From Deltaproteobacteria bacterium (GTDB lineage Bacteria > Desulfobacterota > Desulfobulbia > Desulfobulbales > Desulfurivibrionaceae), in assembly GCA_013349295.1 (NCBI GenBank), contig DUZW01000018.1:2741-66740 (forward strand): DNA of 64,000 nt, read 5' to 3'. The notes beneath the pieces are model-generated. The model saw nothing but the letters and a program-made list of their open reading frames with translations, was not told where the DNA came from and made no database searches. Below are positions 9,898-18,554 of the stretch, in pieces; the first letter of the stretch is position 1; each line of letters begins with the position of its first letter. A program made the position numbers and the translations under genes.

Positions 9898-9930
9898 AAA
9901 GGCATTGCCGAATAGGCAGTGCCTTTTTTC
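9898..9930 (+). terminator. Rho-independent terminator after pilA
   Basis: AAAGGCATTGCC-GAATA-GGCAGTGCCTTT stem followed by a T-run. Confidence 0.85.
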
Positions 9931-9964
9931 TTTACTTCTAATATTTATACAATACTATTTCTCC

Positions 9965-10708
9965 ATGATTCATTTTATCGATGTCTGGAAAAGCTACGCA
10001 AGAGAACTCTTCACCGCATCTCCAGTTGCGTTACGCGATATCTCTTTTTCCTTGCAGCAAGGAGAAACCCTCGGCCTGATCGGGGCCAATGGCGCAGGCA
10101 AGTCAACCTGCATCAAACTGCTCATGGACTTCATCCGCCCGGACCAAGGCCAAATCACGGTTTTAGGCTCGCCTCCCAGAAACCATAAGATCAGAAGCCG
10201 TATCGGCTACCTTCCGGAAACCGCCAATTTCCCTCCCAACCTGACCGCCTTGGACATGTTACGCTTCACCGGCGCAACATGTGGAATGCGCACCGCAGCC
10301 ATCCAAGCCGCTTCCGAGAAATGGCTCCGACGCCTCGCCCTCTGGGAAGCCCGCAAACGACCGCTACGGAATTATTCCAAGGGGATGCAGCAACGAGCCA
10401 ATTTCGCCATTGCCCTCCTCAATGACCCGGAACTGTTGATCCTCGATGAACCCATGAGCGGACTGGACCCCATCGGCAGAGCCGATATCCTGGGACTCAT
10501 CGCAGAACTGAAAGGGCAGGGCAAATCCATCCTTTTCTGTTCGCATATCCTGGAGGATGTGGATCGCGTGGTGGACAACGTCCTGGTACTTCACAAGGGC
10601 CGGACACTTTTTGCAGGCCAACCCAAGAGATTGGCGAACGAGCAGGGCTGCCCTACTTTTGTTGAAGGATATCTCCACCTTGTACGACAGGGGGAAGAAA
10701 ATGATTAA
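9965..10708 (+). CDS. ABC transporter ATP-binding protein, pilin-associated (Myxococcus PilH / Geobacter XapD-like)
   Basis: Walker A GANGAGKS, signature YSKGMQQR, Walker B LILDEP, H-loop CSH. ATG 9965 chosen because the upstream extension crosses the terminator. Confidence 0.9.
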   Translation: MIHFIDVWKSYARELFTASPVALRDISFSLQQGETLGLIGANGAGKSTCIKLLMDFIRPDQGQITVLGSPPRNHKIRSRIGYLPETANFPPNLTALDMLRFTGATCGMRTAAIQAASEKWLRRLALWEARKRPLRNYSKGMQQRANFAIALLNDPELLILDEPMSGLDPIGRADILGLIAELKGQGKSILFCSHILEDVDRVVDNVLVLHKGRTLFAGQPKRLANEQGCPTFVEGYLHLVRQGEEND

Positions 10709-11528
10709 CACCCTAAAACGCATAAGCGCCGTGGCCAGGATCGTCCTTATCGACGGTCTCCGACGCCATGCGCTTCTTGGCCTCGTCGCCCTTTCTGTGT
10801 CAGCCGAAGCCGGGGCGTTCCTGTTCTTTGACTTCATCCCCAGAGATATAGGCCGGGCCTCCAGTGATTTCATCCTCTCTCTGGCCTGGCTTTCAGGGTT
10901 CATCTTTCTTTATTTTCACGGGGTACAGGTCATTGCCTTGGATGAAGAACGAAAAGTCATCTATTCCCTGCTCGCACGGCCAATCTCACGGGGCGAGTAT
11001 GTGGGCGGCATCTTCACTGGCCTTGCCTGCCTGCTGCTACTGCTCAATCTGCTTCTCTGCCTCCTTGGCTTTGGCACCCTAATGTTTATTAAACAACAAG
11101 TGCTACCGGTATACTTCAGCCAGTTCGCCATGAGCTATTATCTGCTGGCGTGGCTCGGCCTTTTTGCCATGGAACTCATGCTCCTTGCAGTAATCCTGTT
11201 TTTTTCCGGCCTGGTGCGCGGGAGCTTCCCGGTTTTACTCATTTCTCTTTCCTTTTACGCAATTTGCTCCGGCTTACCTGTGGTCAGGGATGCAATAAGC
11301 CAAAAAGCCTCTCTGGAGGGACAATCGACTAGTCTCAAGTCTATCTTGCAAGGGATGACCGCATTCTTCCCGGATTTTGACCGGCTGGATTTCAAGAACA
11401 TGATTACTTCGGTGACATCCCCGCCAGATCCTTCACTCATCTTGGTAAACTTCGGGCTAACAAGCGCTTACATCGCCGTCCTTCTCTGGCTTGCCTGTAT
11501 CGCATATCACCGTCGTGATCTCCAATGA
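10701..11528 (+). CDS. ABC-2-type permease, pilin-associated (PilI/XapB-like)
   Basis: About six hydrophobic segments, EERKVIYSLLARPISRGEYVGG loop, C-terminal RRDLQ. ATG 10701 overlaps the ATPase 3' end. Confidence 0.85.
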   Translation: MINTLKRISAVARIVLIDGLRRHALLGLVALSVSAEAGAFLFFDFIPRDIGRASSDFILSLAWLSGFIFLYFHGVQVIALDEERKVIYSLLARPISRGEYVGGIFTGLACLLLLLNLLLCLLGFGTLMFIKQQVLPVYFSQFAMSYYLLAWLGLFAMELMLLAVILFFSGLVRGSFPVLLISLSFYAICSGLPVVRDAISQKASLEGQSTSLKSILQGMTAFFPDFDRLDFKNMITSVTSPPDPSLILVNFGLTSAYIAVLLWLACIAYHRRDLQ

Positions 11529-12421
11529 TTAAGACCGACCTTACACCTTCTCTTCCTCTCCCCGCAGGAGCACCCCAAGGGTGGAGACGCACGCTTATCA
11601 GGCTGTTTTTCTTTTTCATCCTGCTTACCGTATACTTTTTTTTGTTCTCTGTACAAGAATCACGATTTGCAGAAAGCAAACCGCAACTCTCTACTCCCCT
11701 CCCTCCGGTATTCCAGATGATTGCGCTTGGTTATCTCCATCAGCTTGGCGGCGAGATGCAGTTCATCAAAGCCAGCGTTTTTTATGGCGGACTCAAACCA
11801 GGGACAGATCCACATGAATATGCAGAACCCCTTGCCCAGCATTTTATCGTCGCCGCTTCCTTGCATCCGCACTTCATCGACACATACTTTCTCTGCCAGG
11901 CACTTCTGTCCTATATCGATAAAGACTACACTCGGCGCACAAACAGTGTTCTTACTCAGGGAATGTTTGTCCTGCCGGACAACTATGTGCTGCCGTTTTT
12001 TGCTGGGTTCAACCATTTTTACTACCTTGACGAACCATTGGAAGCAGCGCAGCTCTTTCATCTTGCTGCAGCAAAACCCAATGGCCCTCCCATGTTGGAG
12101 CACCTTGCAAACATCCTCTCGGCTGAAGGCGGGAATATTTATGCTGCATTGGTGGGGTTGCGGGGCATGTACGCTGCTGAAAAAGATGAACAGGTTAAAA
12201 TACGGTATGCAGATGAAATTACAGCATTTGAAAAGGCTGTTACTGTTCTTGAGGCCATCCGCCGTCACGAAAAAAAAACAGGGACGCCCCCTGTCGCCTT
12301 GACCGATCTCGTTCCGAACTACCTGTCGGCTATTCCCGATATTGGACCAATTTTCACGTTTGAATGGAAGCCGCCCCATCTTGGCGTCGTGCGCATTGCG
12401 AAGAAACAAAGCCGACGCTGA
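11525..12421 (+). CDS. Membrane-anchored TPR-like pilin-accessory protein (PilG/XapA-like)
   Basis: N-terminal TM, LHPHFIDTY, LPFFAGFNHFYYL helical repeats, LTDLVPNYLSAIP tail. ATGA-coupled to the permease. Confidence 0.7.
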   Translation: MIKTDLTPSLPLPAGAPQGWRRTLIRLFFFFILLTVYFFLFSVQESRFAESKPQLSTPLPPVFQMIALGYLHQLGGEMQFIKASVFYGGLKPGTDPHEYAEPLAQHFIVAASLHPHFIDTYFLCQALLSYIDKDYTRRTNSVLTQGMFVLPDNYVLPFFAGFNHFYYLDEPLEAAQLFHLAAAKPNGPPMLEHLANILSAEGGNIYAALVGLRGMYAAEKDEQVKIRYADEITAFEKAVTVLEAIRRHEKKTGTPPVALTDLVPNYLSAIPDIGPIFTFEWKPPHLGVVRIAKKQSRR

Positions 12422-12537
12422 TCTTCTTCCCTGGTGATTTTTTCCCACAGATACCGTACAATCTTAATCTTTACTTGCCGGTTAAGCTTAACCAACTGTT
12501 TATTGGCGGCATCCGTGATTTCAATCCGCCAGGACAA
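12410..12537 (-). pseudogene. Truncated RelE/ParE-family toxin remnant
   Basis: TTG 12537 gives MSWRIEITDAANKQLVKLNRQVKIKIVRYLWEKITREEDQR, a typical RelE N-half. Similarity ends where it meets the 3' end of the convergent gene; no YRVGDYR-type catalytic half. The 3' boundary is approximate. Confidence 0.75.
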
Positions 12538-12746
12538 GTTCGCGCTCCAATCCATCGAGAGTATAGGTCCGTTCCTGCCCCGACTCGACGCGCTTCAGTA
12601 TCTCATCGGAAAGGTATGCGGCTTCCAGATCATCCAGATGTTCAAGTATGGCCTCGCGGGCGTAAAATGATTTTGAGCGGCCTGACCTCTTGGCCAACGC
12701 CGCCGGCCCGTCGCTCGATTTCTTCCGATAAACGTAGTGCCAGCAT
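12521..12746 (-). pseudogene. Frameshifted RelB/CopG (ribbon-helix-helix) antitoxin
   Basis: ATG 12746 reads MLALRLSEEIERR; after one extra base in CGGGCCG the other frame continues PAALAKRSGRSKSFYAREAILEHLDDLE...TYTLDGLERELVLAD and overlaps the toxin start. Confidence 0.8.
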
Positions 12747-12921
12747 GCCATTCTCTCTTTTGCTATATATGTATAATGGCCCGCCCTGTTAAAAATCAAA
12801 GAGAACCGATGTTTTTCTTTTAAGATAGCCTTTCCAAAATGTTATTTCCTTTGGTATGGTTCCCCCTTACCCTAAAATTGTCGCCACTCCTTGCCTAAAA
12901 CCGGATTCATAATTGCTGCAC

Positions 12922-13965
12922 ATGACATCAACTAAACGCATTCAAATAAAAGAAATTACCGACGGTCAGACGATACACGATCTTTTCCTGGTCCGAGAGA
13001 TGAACCGTGGCGAAACCAAGGCAGGCAAGCCTTACCTCAGTCTGGTCCTGATGGACGCCAGCGGCGAAATCTCCGGTCGGGTTTGGGAGAATGCCGAGCA
13101 ACTCATGGGCGAATGCCAGGCTGGAGCGGTTATTTCCGTTACCGGCCAGGCCCAGGCCTATAAAGGCATCCTCCAACTCCGGATCGATACACTCACCAGG
13201 AAACCGGAAAGCGAGGTTGACCTGGCCCTGTTTGTCCCCTCCACCCAGGGCAATGTTGTCCTCATGGCCAAGGAATTGATCAAACTGGCGAACAGTGTGG
13301 AAAATCCTTTTTTGAAGGAGCTGCTCCTCTCTTTGTTCGGGGAACGGAAGCTCATGCAGTCCTTAAAAAAAGCGCCGGCCGCCAAGGTAATGCACCATGC
13401 CTATGTAGGCGGATTGCTGGAGCATACCCTGGGTGTGGCCCGGCTGGCGGACAGCATCAGTACCCTCTACCCCAACCTGGATCGTTCCCTGTTGTTGACC
13501 GGGGCGCTTTTGCACGATATCGGTAAGCTCAAGGAATTCAGTTTCGACTCCTTCCCTTTCGAGTACTCGGATCGGGGCCGTCTGGTGGGGCATATGGTTC
13601 TTGGGATAGAGATGATTCAAGAAAAAATCAATGGGATCTCCGGGTTCCCGGAGGATCTGGGCGACCGGCTCAAGCACCTTGTCCTGAGCCATCACGGCCG
13701 GTATGAGTTCGGCTCCCCCTCACTGCCCATGATGCAGGAGGCGTTTGCCTTGAACTTTCTCGATGACCTCGACGCCAAGATCAACTACCTGGATCGATTG
13801 GCCGGGCAGGCAAAAGGCGAAGGATATCAGTGGACGGAGTTTCAGCGCAACCTGGAACGTTTTCTCTTTGTCAAAGGGCATCGGGGTGATGATGGCTCTC
13901 CCCCTTTGGATCAGGAGCAGGATAACGGGGTTGACCCACGCCAGCGGACACTTTTTGGCCTGTAG
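12922..13965 (+). CDS. yhaM: YhaM/Cbf1-family 3'-5' exonuclease (OB fold + HD domain)
   Basis: KAGKPYLSLVLMDASGEISGRVW OB fold; PAAKVMHHAYVGGLLEHTL, LLHDIGK, LVGH, SHHG, DDLDAK HD motifs. Confidence 0.9.
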   Translation: MTSTKRIQIKEITDGQTIHDLFLVREMNRGETKAGKPYLSLVLMDASGEISGRVWENAEQLMGECQAGAVISVTGQAQAYKGILQLRIDTLTRKPESEVDLALFVPSTQGNVVLMAKELIKLANSVENPFLKELLLSLFGERKLMQSLKKAPAAKVMHHAYVGGLLEHTLGVARLADSISTLYPNLDRSLLLTGALLHDIGKLKEFSFDSFPFEYSDRGRLVGHMVLGIEMIQEKINGISGFPEDLGDRLKHLVLSHHGRYEFGSPSLPMMQEAFALNFLDDLDAKINYLDRLAGQAKGEGYQWTEFQRNLERFLFVKGHRGDDGSPPLDQEQDNGVDPRQRTLFGL

Positions 13966-14006
13966 ACGCGCGCAGCCTGCTTGCAACAAGTTTCCGGACA
14001 TACCAT

Positions 14007-14041
14007 AAAAAAAGGGCATCTCGTTGAGATGCCCTTTTTTT
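14007..14041. terminator. Bidirectional intrinsic terminator
   Basis: A7-GGGCATCTC-GTT-GAGATGCCC-T7 between convergent genes. Confidence 0.9.
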
Positions 14042-14063
14042 CTACAATTAACCGCTATGCCGG

Positions 14064-14387
14064 TTAATCATCATGCCTATGGCCCTTACGGTGCTTTTTT
14101 TGCCCCAAATGACGGCCATTATCATGGTGTCCATCTTCAACAACCACTACTTTTTCTCGTACCACTGTTTTGTTATCCGAGGTGGCAACCGCAGCACCAG
14201 CCGCGCCGCCTAAACCGGCCCCGACAATGGCGCCGGTCTTCCCGCCGACAGCAGAACCAACCGCTGCGCCGGCCGCGCCACCGATGGCACCGCCAAGTAT
14301 CGCCTTGCCATCCACGCCATCGGCAAGCGCCGAGGTAGAGATACTGGAAATCACGCAAAACGCCAAAATTCCCACTCGCTTCATCAT
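14064..14387 (-). CDS. Small exported glycine-zipper protein with His-rich C-terminus
   Basis: Signal peptide (..STSALA|D), GGAIGGAAGAAVGSAVGG..GAIVGAGLGGAAGAAV zipper, HHDNGRHLGQKKHRKGHRHDD tail. Confidence 0.8.
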   Translation of the reverse strand: MMKRVGILAFCVISSISTSALADGVDGKAILGGAIGGAAGAAVGSAVGGKTGAIVGAGLGGAAGAAVATSDNKTVVREKVVVVEDGHHDNGRHLGQKKHRKGHRHDD

Positions 14388-14546
14388 AACCTGGTCTCAT
14401 CAAAAAGATTATACGAAATCGCTTTCTCCAATAGGGAGAAAGCTCCCTCAATCACAAATATCTATAACCGTTTCTTGCCGTATTTGCAATTTTAACCGCG
14501 CCAGCAGAGTCCTGATACGACACAGGCCAATGTGCCCCCTTCCCTG

Positions 14547-17500
14547 CTATTTCATGCACCACTCATAGGCATTCTGGAACATCCTGAGCCAAGGCGAAAC
14601 GGGCAACTGCTTCATCTCCTCCGGCAGCCAATGGCATTGCCAAGGCAAAAAGGCCCGTTCCGGGTGCGGCATCATGGCCAAATGGCGACCATCGGGCGAG
14701 CAGAGACCGGTGAGACCGCCGGGCGAACCGTTGGGGTTCAGCGGATAGGCCTCGGTGGGCCGGCCTGTGTCGTCCACATAGGCCAAGGTGGCCAGGTTGC
14801 CGGCCAGCACCTGCGTCTTGATGGCTGGATCGGGAAAATGAAGGAAGCCTTCGCCGTGGTCCACGTGGATACCGAAGACCAAATCTTCCATGCCCTTGAG
14901 CATCATGGCCGGGCTTTGCAAGACCTTGACCGTGACCCAGCGCGACTCGAACCTGCCTGAAACATTGTGGATAAACCGCGGCTGCTGCTGGGGAGCAAGC
15001 CCCTGCCAGGGCACCAGCCCGAGCAGGCCGAAAAGCTGACAGCCGTTGCAGATCCCCAGGGTGAAGGTATCGGGCCGGTCGTAAAAGGCCTGGAACATCC
15101 CCTTGAGGCGGTCATTGAAAAGGATGGTGGCGGCCCAGCCCTTAGCGGACTCTGGCACATCGGCGTAAGAGAAGCCTCCCACCGCAGCCAGGCCTCGGAA
15201 GCCATCCAGGGTAATGCGCCCGGCCAGCAGATCGGTCATGGTCACGTCCCAGGGCTCAAAACCGGCAGCGTAAAAGGCCGAGCTCATCTCCCGGTCGGAG
15301 TTGGAGCCCTCGTCGCGCAGGATAGCAACCTTTGGTTTGTTGGATTTGGCAAGGACCTCAGCACCGGTTCTTGCCGGAGCAAAGGGCAGATGATAGGTCG
15401 GGCCCTTACGGTCATAGATGTTTCGCTTCTCCTCCTCGGCGCAGGCGGGCTTGATCTGGAGCCGCTCCAACTGATAGCTGGTTTCCTCCCACCACTGACG
15501 GAGAATTCGCATATCCTCGGCCAGCACCATTGCCCCGTTATAGCTGATCCGAATCTCCTTGGCCGGGGTGGTTGAGCCGAGCCGCAGACAAGGAACCCCA
15601 TACTTGGCCAGGGTCGCCTGCACCGCCTCTTCCTGTCCGGCCCCGCATTCCACCACCATGCCCAGCTCTTCGTTGAAGAGCGCTTCGATGGCGGAGGCCG
15701 TGCCGGTCATGACCAGGTCCAGGCCGCAGTTGCCGCTAAAGGCCATCTCCAGCACGGTGGTGATCAGCCCCCCGTCGCTGCGGTCGTGGCCTGCTCCGAT
15801 CAGCCCCTGCTCGATCAACTCCTGCACCGCGCAAAAGGCCTGTTTGACCTGGGCGGGATTGTCCATGTCCGGCGACTCGTTACCGATTGTGCCCAGGGTC
15901 TGGGCCAGAGCCGTGCCGCCGAGCCGGTTCTGGCCGCAGCCCAGATCGATGAACAACAGGGTGGAGCCGGGCTGTTTGATGTCCGGGCTCACCACCTTGG
16001 TGATATCCGCCACCGCCCCGTACACCGAAATCACCAGCTCTCTGGGCGACTTGACCGTTTCGCTGCCCACCTTGGTGGCCATGGAAAGGCTGTCCTTGCC
16101 GCCGTCCACGGCAATACCTACGCCGATCATGGCCTCGCGCATGGCCAGAGCCGCGTCGTACATGGCCGCACCCTCGCCCTCGAGCTTGGGAGCCCACATC
16201 CAGTTGGCCGAACATTTCACCTGCTCCAGATCAACCACCTTGGCCCAGACCAGATTGGTCAACGCCTCGCCCACCGCCATCCGCGCCCCGGCCGCCGGAC
16301 TCACCAGCATCTTGACGGGCTGCTCGCCGATGGCCGTGGCCACGCCGGACTTGGCAAAATGGCTCTGGGCCAGAACGGCCACATCGCTCACCGGCAGCTG
16401 CAGCGGCCCGCAGCATTGCTGGCGGACGATCAAGCCGGTTACGGCCCGATCCACCTTATTGGTGAGAAAGCGCTTAGAGCCCACGGAAACCAGCCGCAAA
16501 ACATTGTGCAGGGCATCTTTCACGCTGAGATCCTGCACCGCCAGGGGCTTAAGATTTGGAGTACACCGATTGTCGGTGAAGGTCTTGATCGGCACATTGC
16601 CCAGCAGCTCGTTGAGCTCGATATCCACCGGGGTGGAGCAGTCCTGACTGTCGTGCACCACGAAACGGAGATCGCCGGTCACCTCGCCCAATACCTCGCA
16701 GGCCACCTTTTCCCGCTCGCAGATCGCCTGAAACTTTGCAATATTCTCGGGCCGGATCAGAAAGCCGTTGCGCTCCTGGTACTCAGCCACGTAGATCTCC
16801 AACACGCTCATGGTGGGGTCGCCCACCCGGATGTTGCGGATCTCGATACGGCCGCCGGATTTCTCCACCAGCTCCTTCAAAACATTGGCCGGGCCGCCCG
16901 CGCCCTGATCATGGATCACATCGATCAGGGTCTTGTCGCCCATCTCGTTGCAGGCCCGGATCACCCGGTTCATCTTCTGCTCCATCTCGGCATCGCCACG
17001 CTGGACCGCGTCGAAATCAAGCTCGCTGACATTCTCGCCCTGGAGCATGCTGGAGGCGGCTCCGCCGCCGAAACCGACCCGATAGGCCGGGCCGCCCACC
17101 TGGACGATGAGCATGCCCTTTTCTTCCTTGGCCTTGGCGGTGTGGCGGGCATCGATCTGGCCCACGCCGGCGGTGAACATGATGGGCTTCAAGAAGCCCC
17201 ACCGCTCGCCGGAGTCAAGGCGCAGGTCAAAGGAGCGGGTAAAGCCAAGAACCAGGGGCTCGCCGAATTTGTTGCCGTAATCCGAGGCGCCGTTGGACGC
17301 CTCGATCTCGATGGTCAGCGCGCTGGCCAGATTGTCCGGGCATTCGTAGCGGTTTTCCCAAGGCAGGTCGTAGCCCGGAATATGGAGATTGGCCACGCAG
17401 TAACCGGCAGTTCCGGCCATGACAAAACCGCCCTTGCCGGTGCCCTGCACGTCGCGGATTCTCCCGCCGGTGCCGGTCTCGGCTCCGGGAAACGGGGCCA

Positions 17501-18344
17501 CTCCGGTGGGGAAATTATGGGTCTCGGCGGTGAGCAGTACATGGTAGACCACCTCCTGGGCGGAGAGGGGGGAGGGCGCACCCGGCTCACTCGGGAGAAG
17601 GGTGGTAAGCTTATGCCCCTCCACGGCGCTGGAGTTATCTTTAAAGGCGATGACGCTGCCCTTGGGATGGGCGGTGAGGGTGTCGGTGACCAGTTGGAAG
17701 AGATTTTCCTTCTGCTCCTCGCCGTCGATGATCTGTTTGCCCCGAAAAAAACCGTGCCGGGAATGCTCGGAGTTGGCGTTGTTGAGATCCATGATCTCAA
17801 CAATAGTGGGGTTGCGCTTGTGCTTGGTAACAAAATAGTCGTAATAAAAATTCCGGTCCCACTCATCCATGGAGATGCCGGGGATTGCCAGCAGCCCGTC
17901 CGGCCCCTGGCTCATAAGGTCGATTGTATACACCGGCTCCGGGGCAACCCCGGTTTCAAAGGTGGTAAGCGGCGCGGGATAGGGGCACTCCGTCATCCGG
18001 TCATGGTTGGCCGCGATAAAGGCCGGGAGATCATCGCCCGCATCCACCAGAAAACGGCGGGATCGTTCCACCCTGGTTACCGAATCCAAGCCGATGGCCC
18101 GGCAAATGGAGACCAGATTCGACGACCAGGCCGTGGCAAAATTGAGCCGCGGCCCCATCTCCACCACCCGGTCGCCCGCAAGATTGGGGGTATCGGCAAC
18201 GGTTTCGGCGAGGAAGCCGTCCGCCAGCACCAGCCGCAGCCTGTCAAGCTCTGCTGCGGTCAGGGGGGTGATGCTTTCGATATTGAAACAATATTCACGG
18301 TTGCCATCAATGGCACGGTATAACTGGCGGACTGTCGTTCCCAT
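14547..18344 (-). CDS. purL: Phosphoribosylformylglycinamidine synthase, large single-chain type
   Basis: NSEHSRH, AETHNFPT, HDQGAGG, GGKDSLSM, HDRSDGGL; glutaminase GICNGCQ and MPHPER; 1265 aa. Confidence 0.97.
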   Translation of the reverse strand: MGTTVRQLYRAIDGNREYCFNIESITPLTAAELDRLRLVLADGFLAETVADTPNLAGDRVVEMGPRLNFATAWSSNLVSICRAIGLDSVTRVERSRRFLVDAGDDLPAFIAANHDRMTECPYPAPLTTFETGVAPEPVYTIDLMSQGPDGLLAIPGISMDEWDRNFYYDYFVTKHKRNPTIVEIMDLNNANSEHSRHGFFRGKQIIDGEEQKENLFQLVTDTLTAHPKGSVIAFKDNSSAVEGHKLTTLLPSEPGAPSPLSAQEVVYHVLLTAETHNFPTGVAPFPGAETGTGGRIRDVQGTGKGGFVMAGTAGYCVANLHIPGYDLPWENRYECPDNLASALTIEIEASNGASDYGNKFGEPLVLGFTRSFDLRLDSGERWGFLKPIMFTAGVGQIDARHTAKAKEEKGMLIVQVGGPAYRVGFGGGAASSMLQGENVSELDFDAVQRGDAEMEQKMNRVIRACNEMGDKTLIDVIHDQGAGGPANVLKELVEKSGGRIEIRNIRVGDPTMSVLEIYVAEYQERNGFLIRPENIAKFQAICEREKVACEVLGEVTGDLRFVVHDSQDCSTPVDIELNELLGNVPIKTFTDNRCTPNLKPLAVQDLSVKDALHNVLRLVSVGSKRFLTNKVDRAVTGLIVRQQCCGPLQLPVSDVAVLAQSHFAKSGVATAIGEQPVKMLVSPAAGARMAVGEALTNLVWAKVVDLEQVKCSANWMWAPKLEGEGAAMYDAALAMREAMIGVGIAVDGGKDSLSMATKVGSETVKSPRELVISVYGAVADITKVVSPDIKQPGSTLLFIDLGCGQNRLGGTALAQTLGTIGNESPDMDNPAQVKQAFCAVQELIEQGLIGAGHDRSDGGLITTVLEMAFSGNCGLDLVMTGTASAIEALFNEELGMVVECGAGQEEAVQATLAKYGVPCLRLGSTTPAKEIRISYNGAMVLAEDMRILRQWWEETSYQLERLQIKPACAEEEKRNIYDRKGPTYHLPFAPARTGAEVLAKSNKPKVAILRDEGSNSDREMSSAFYAAGFEPWDVTMTDLLAGRITLDGFRGLAAVGGFSYADVPESAKGWAATILFNDRLKGMFQAFYDRPDTFTLGICNGCQLFGLLGLVPWQGLAPQQQPRFIHNVSGRFESRWVTVKVLQSPAMMLKGMEDLVFGIHVDHGEGFLHFPDPAIKTQVLAGNLATLAYVDDTGRPTEAYPLNPNGSPGGLTGLCSPDGRHLAMMPHPERAFLPWQCHWLPEEMKQLPVSPWLRMFQNAYEWCMK

Positions 18345-18502
18345 GGTCTTATCCTAAAGAGTGTATGCACAGTAGCGGCGAAAACAAACAAGCTCTCAAC
18401 CTATCATTAAACCACACTTTTTTCCGCAGGAAATTGCGTTGCCTCGACAAAAAGACCATTTTGCCTTGCCACCCTCGCCCTGCGGGGTCGCGCTTCACCT
18501 TT

Positions 18503-18544
18503 CCTTCCGCCTTTCGCCTTGCACCTTTCCCCTTCCGCCTTGTA
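18503..18544. repeat. Degenerate heptamer tandem repeat (CCTTnnn)x6
   Basis: CCTTCCG CCTTTCG CCTTGCA CCTTTCC CCTTCCG CCTTGTA, directly upstream of holB. Confidence 0.75.
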
Positions 18545-18554
18545 TTATACGATC

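Noticed and set aside
9824-9964. Upstream extensions of the ABC ATPase ORF (and of the permease, metG, holB, peroxiredoxin and ZraP-like ORFs) in the ORF track
   Set aside because: They cross terminators, promoters or neighbouring genes; downstream ATGs with RBS or stop/start overlap fit better.
15786-18323. 845-aa + strand ORF, and similar long antisense ORFs opposite metG, atpA, alaS, aroC/aroK and the deacetylase gene
   Set aside because: These are shadows of well-conserved genes on the opposite strand, expected from GC-rich codon usage; no recognisable motifs.
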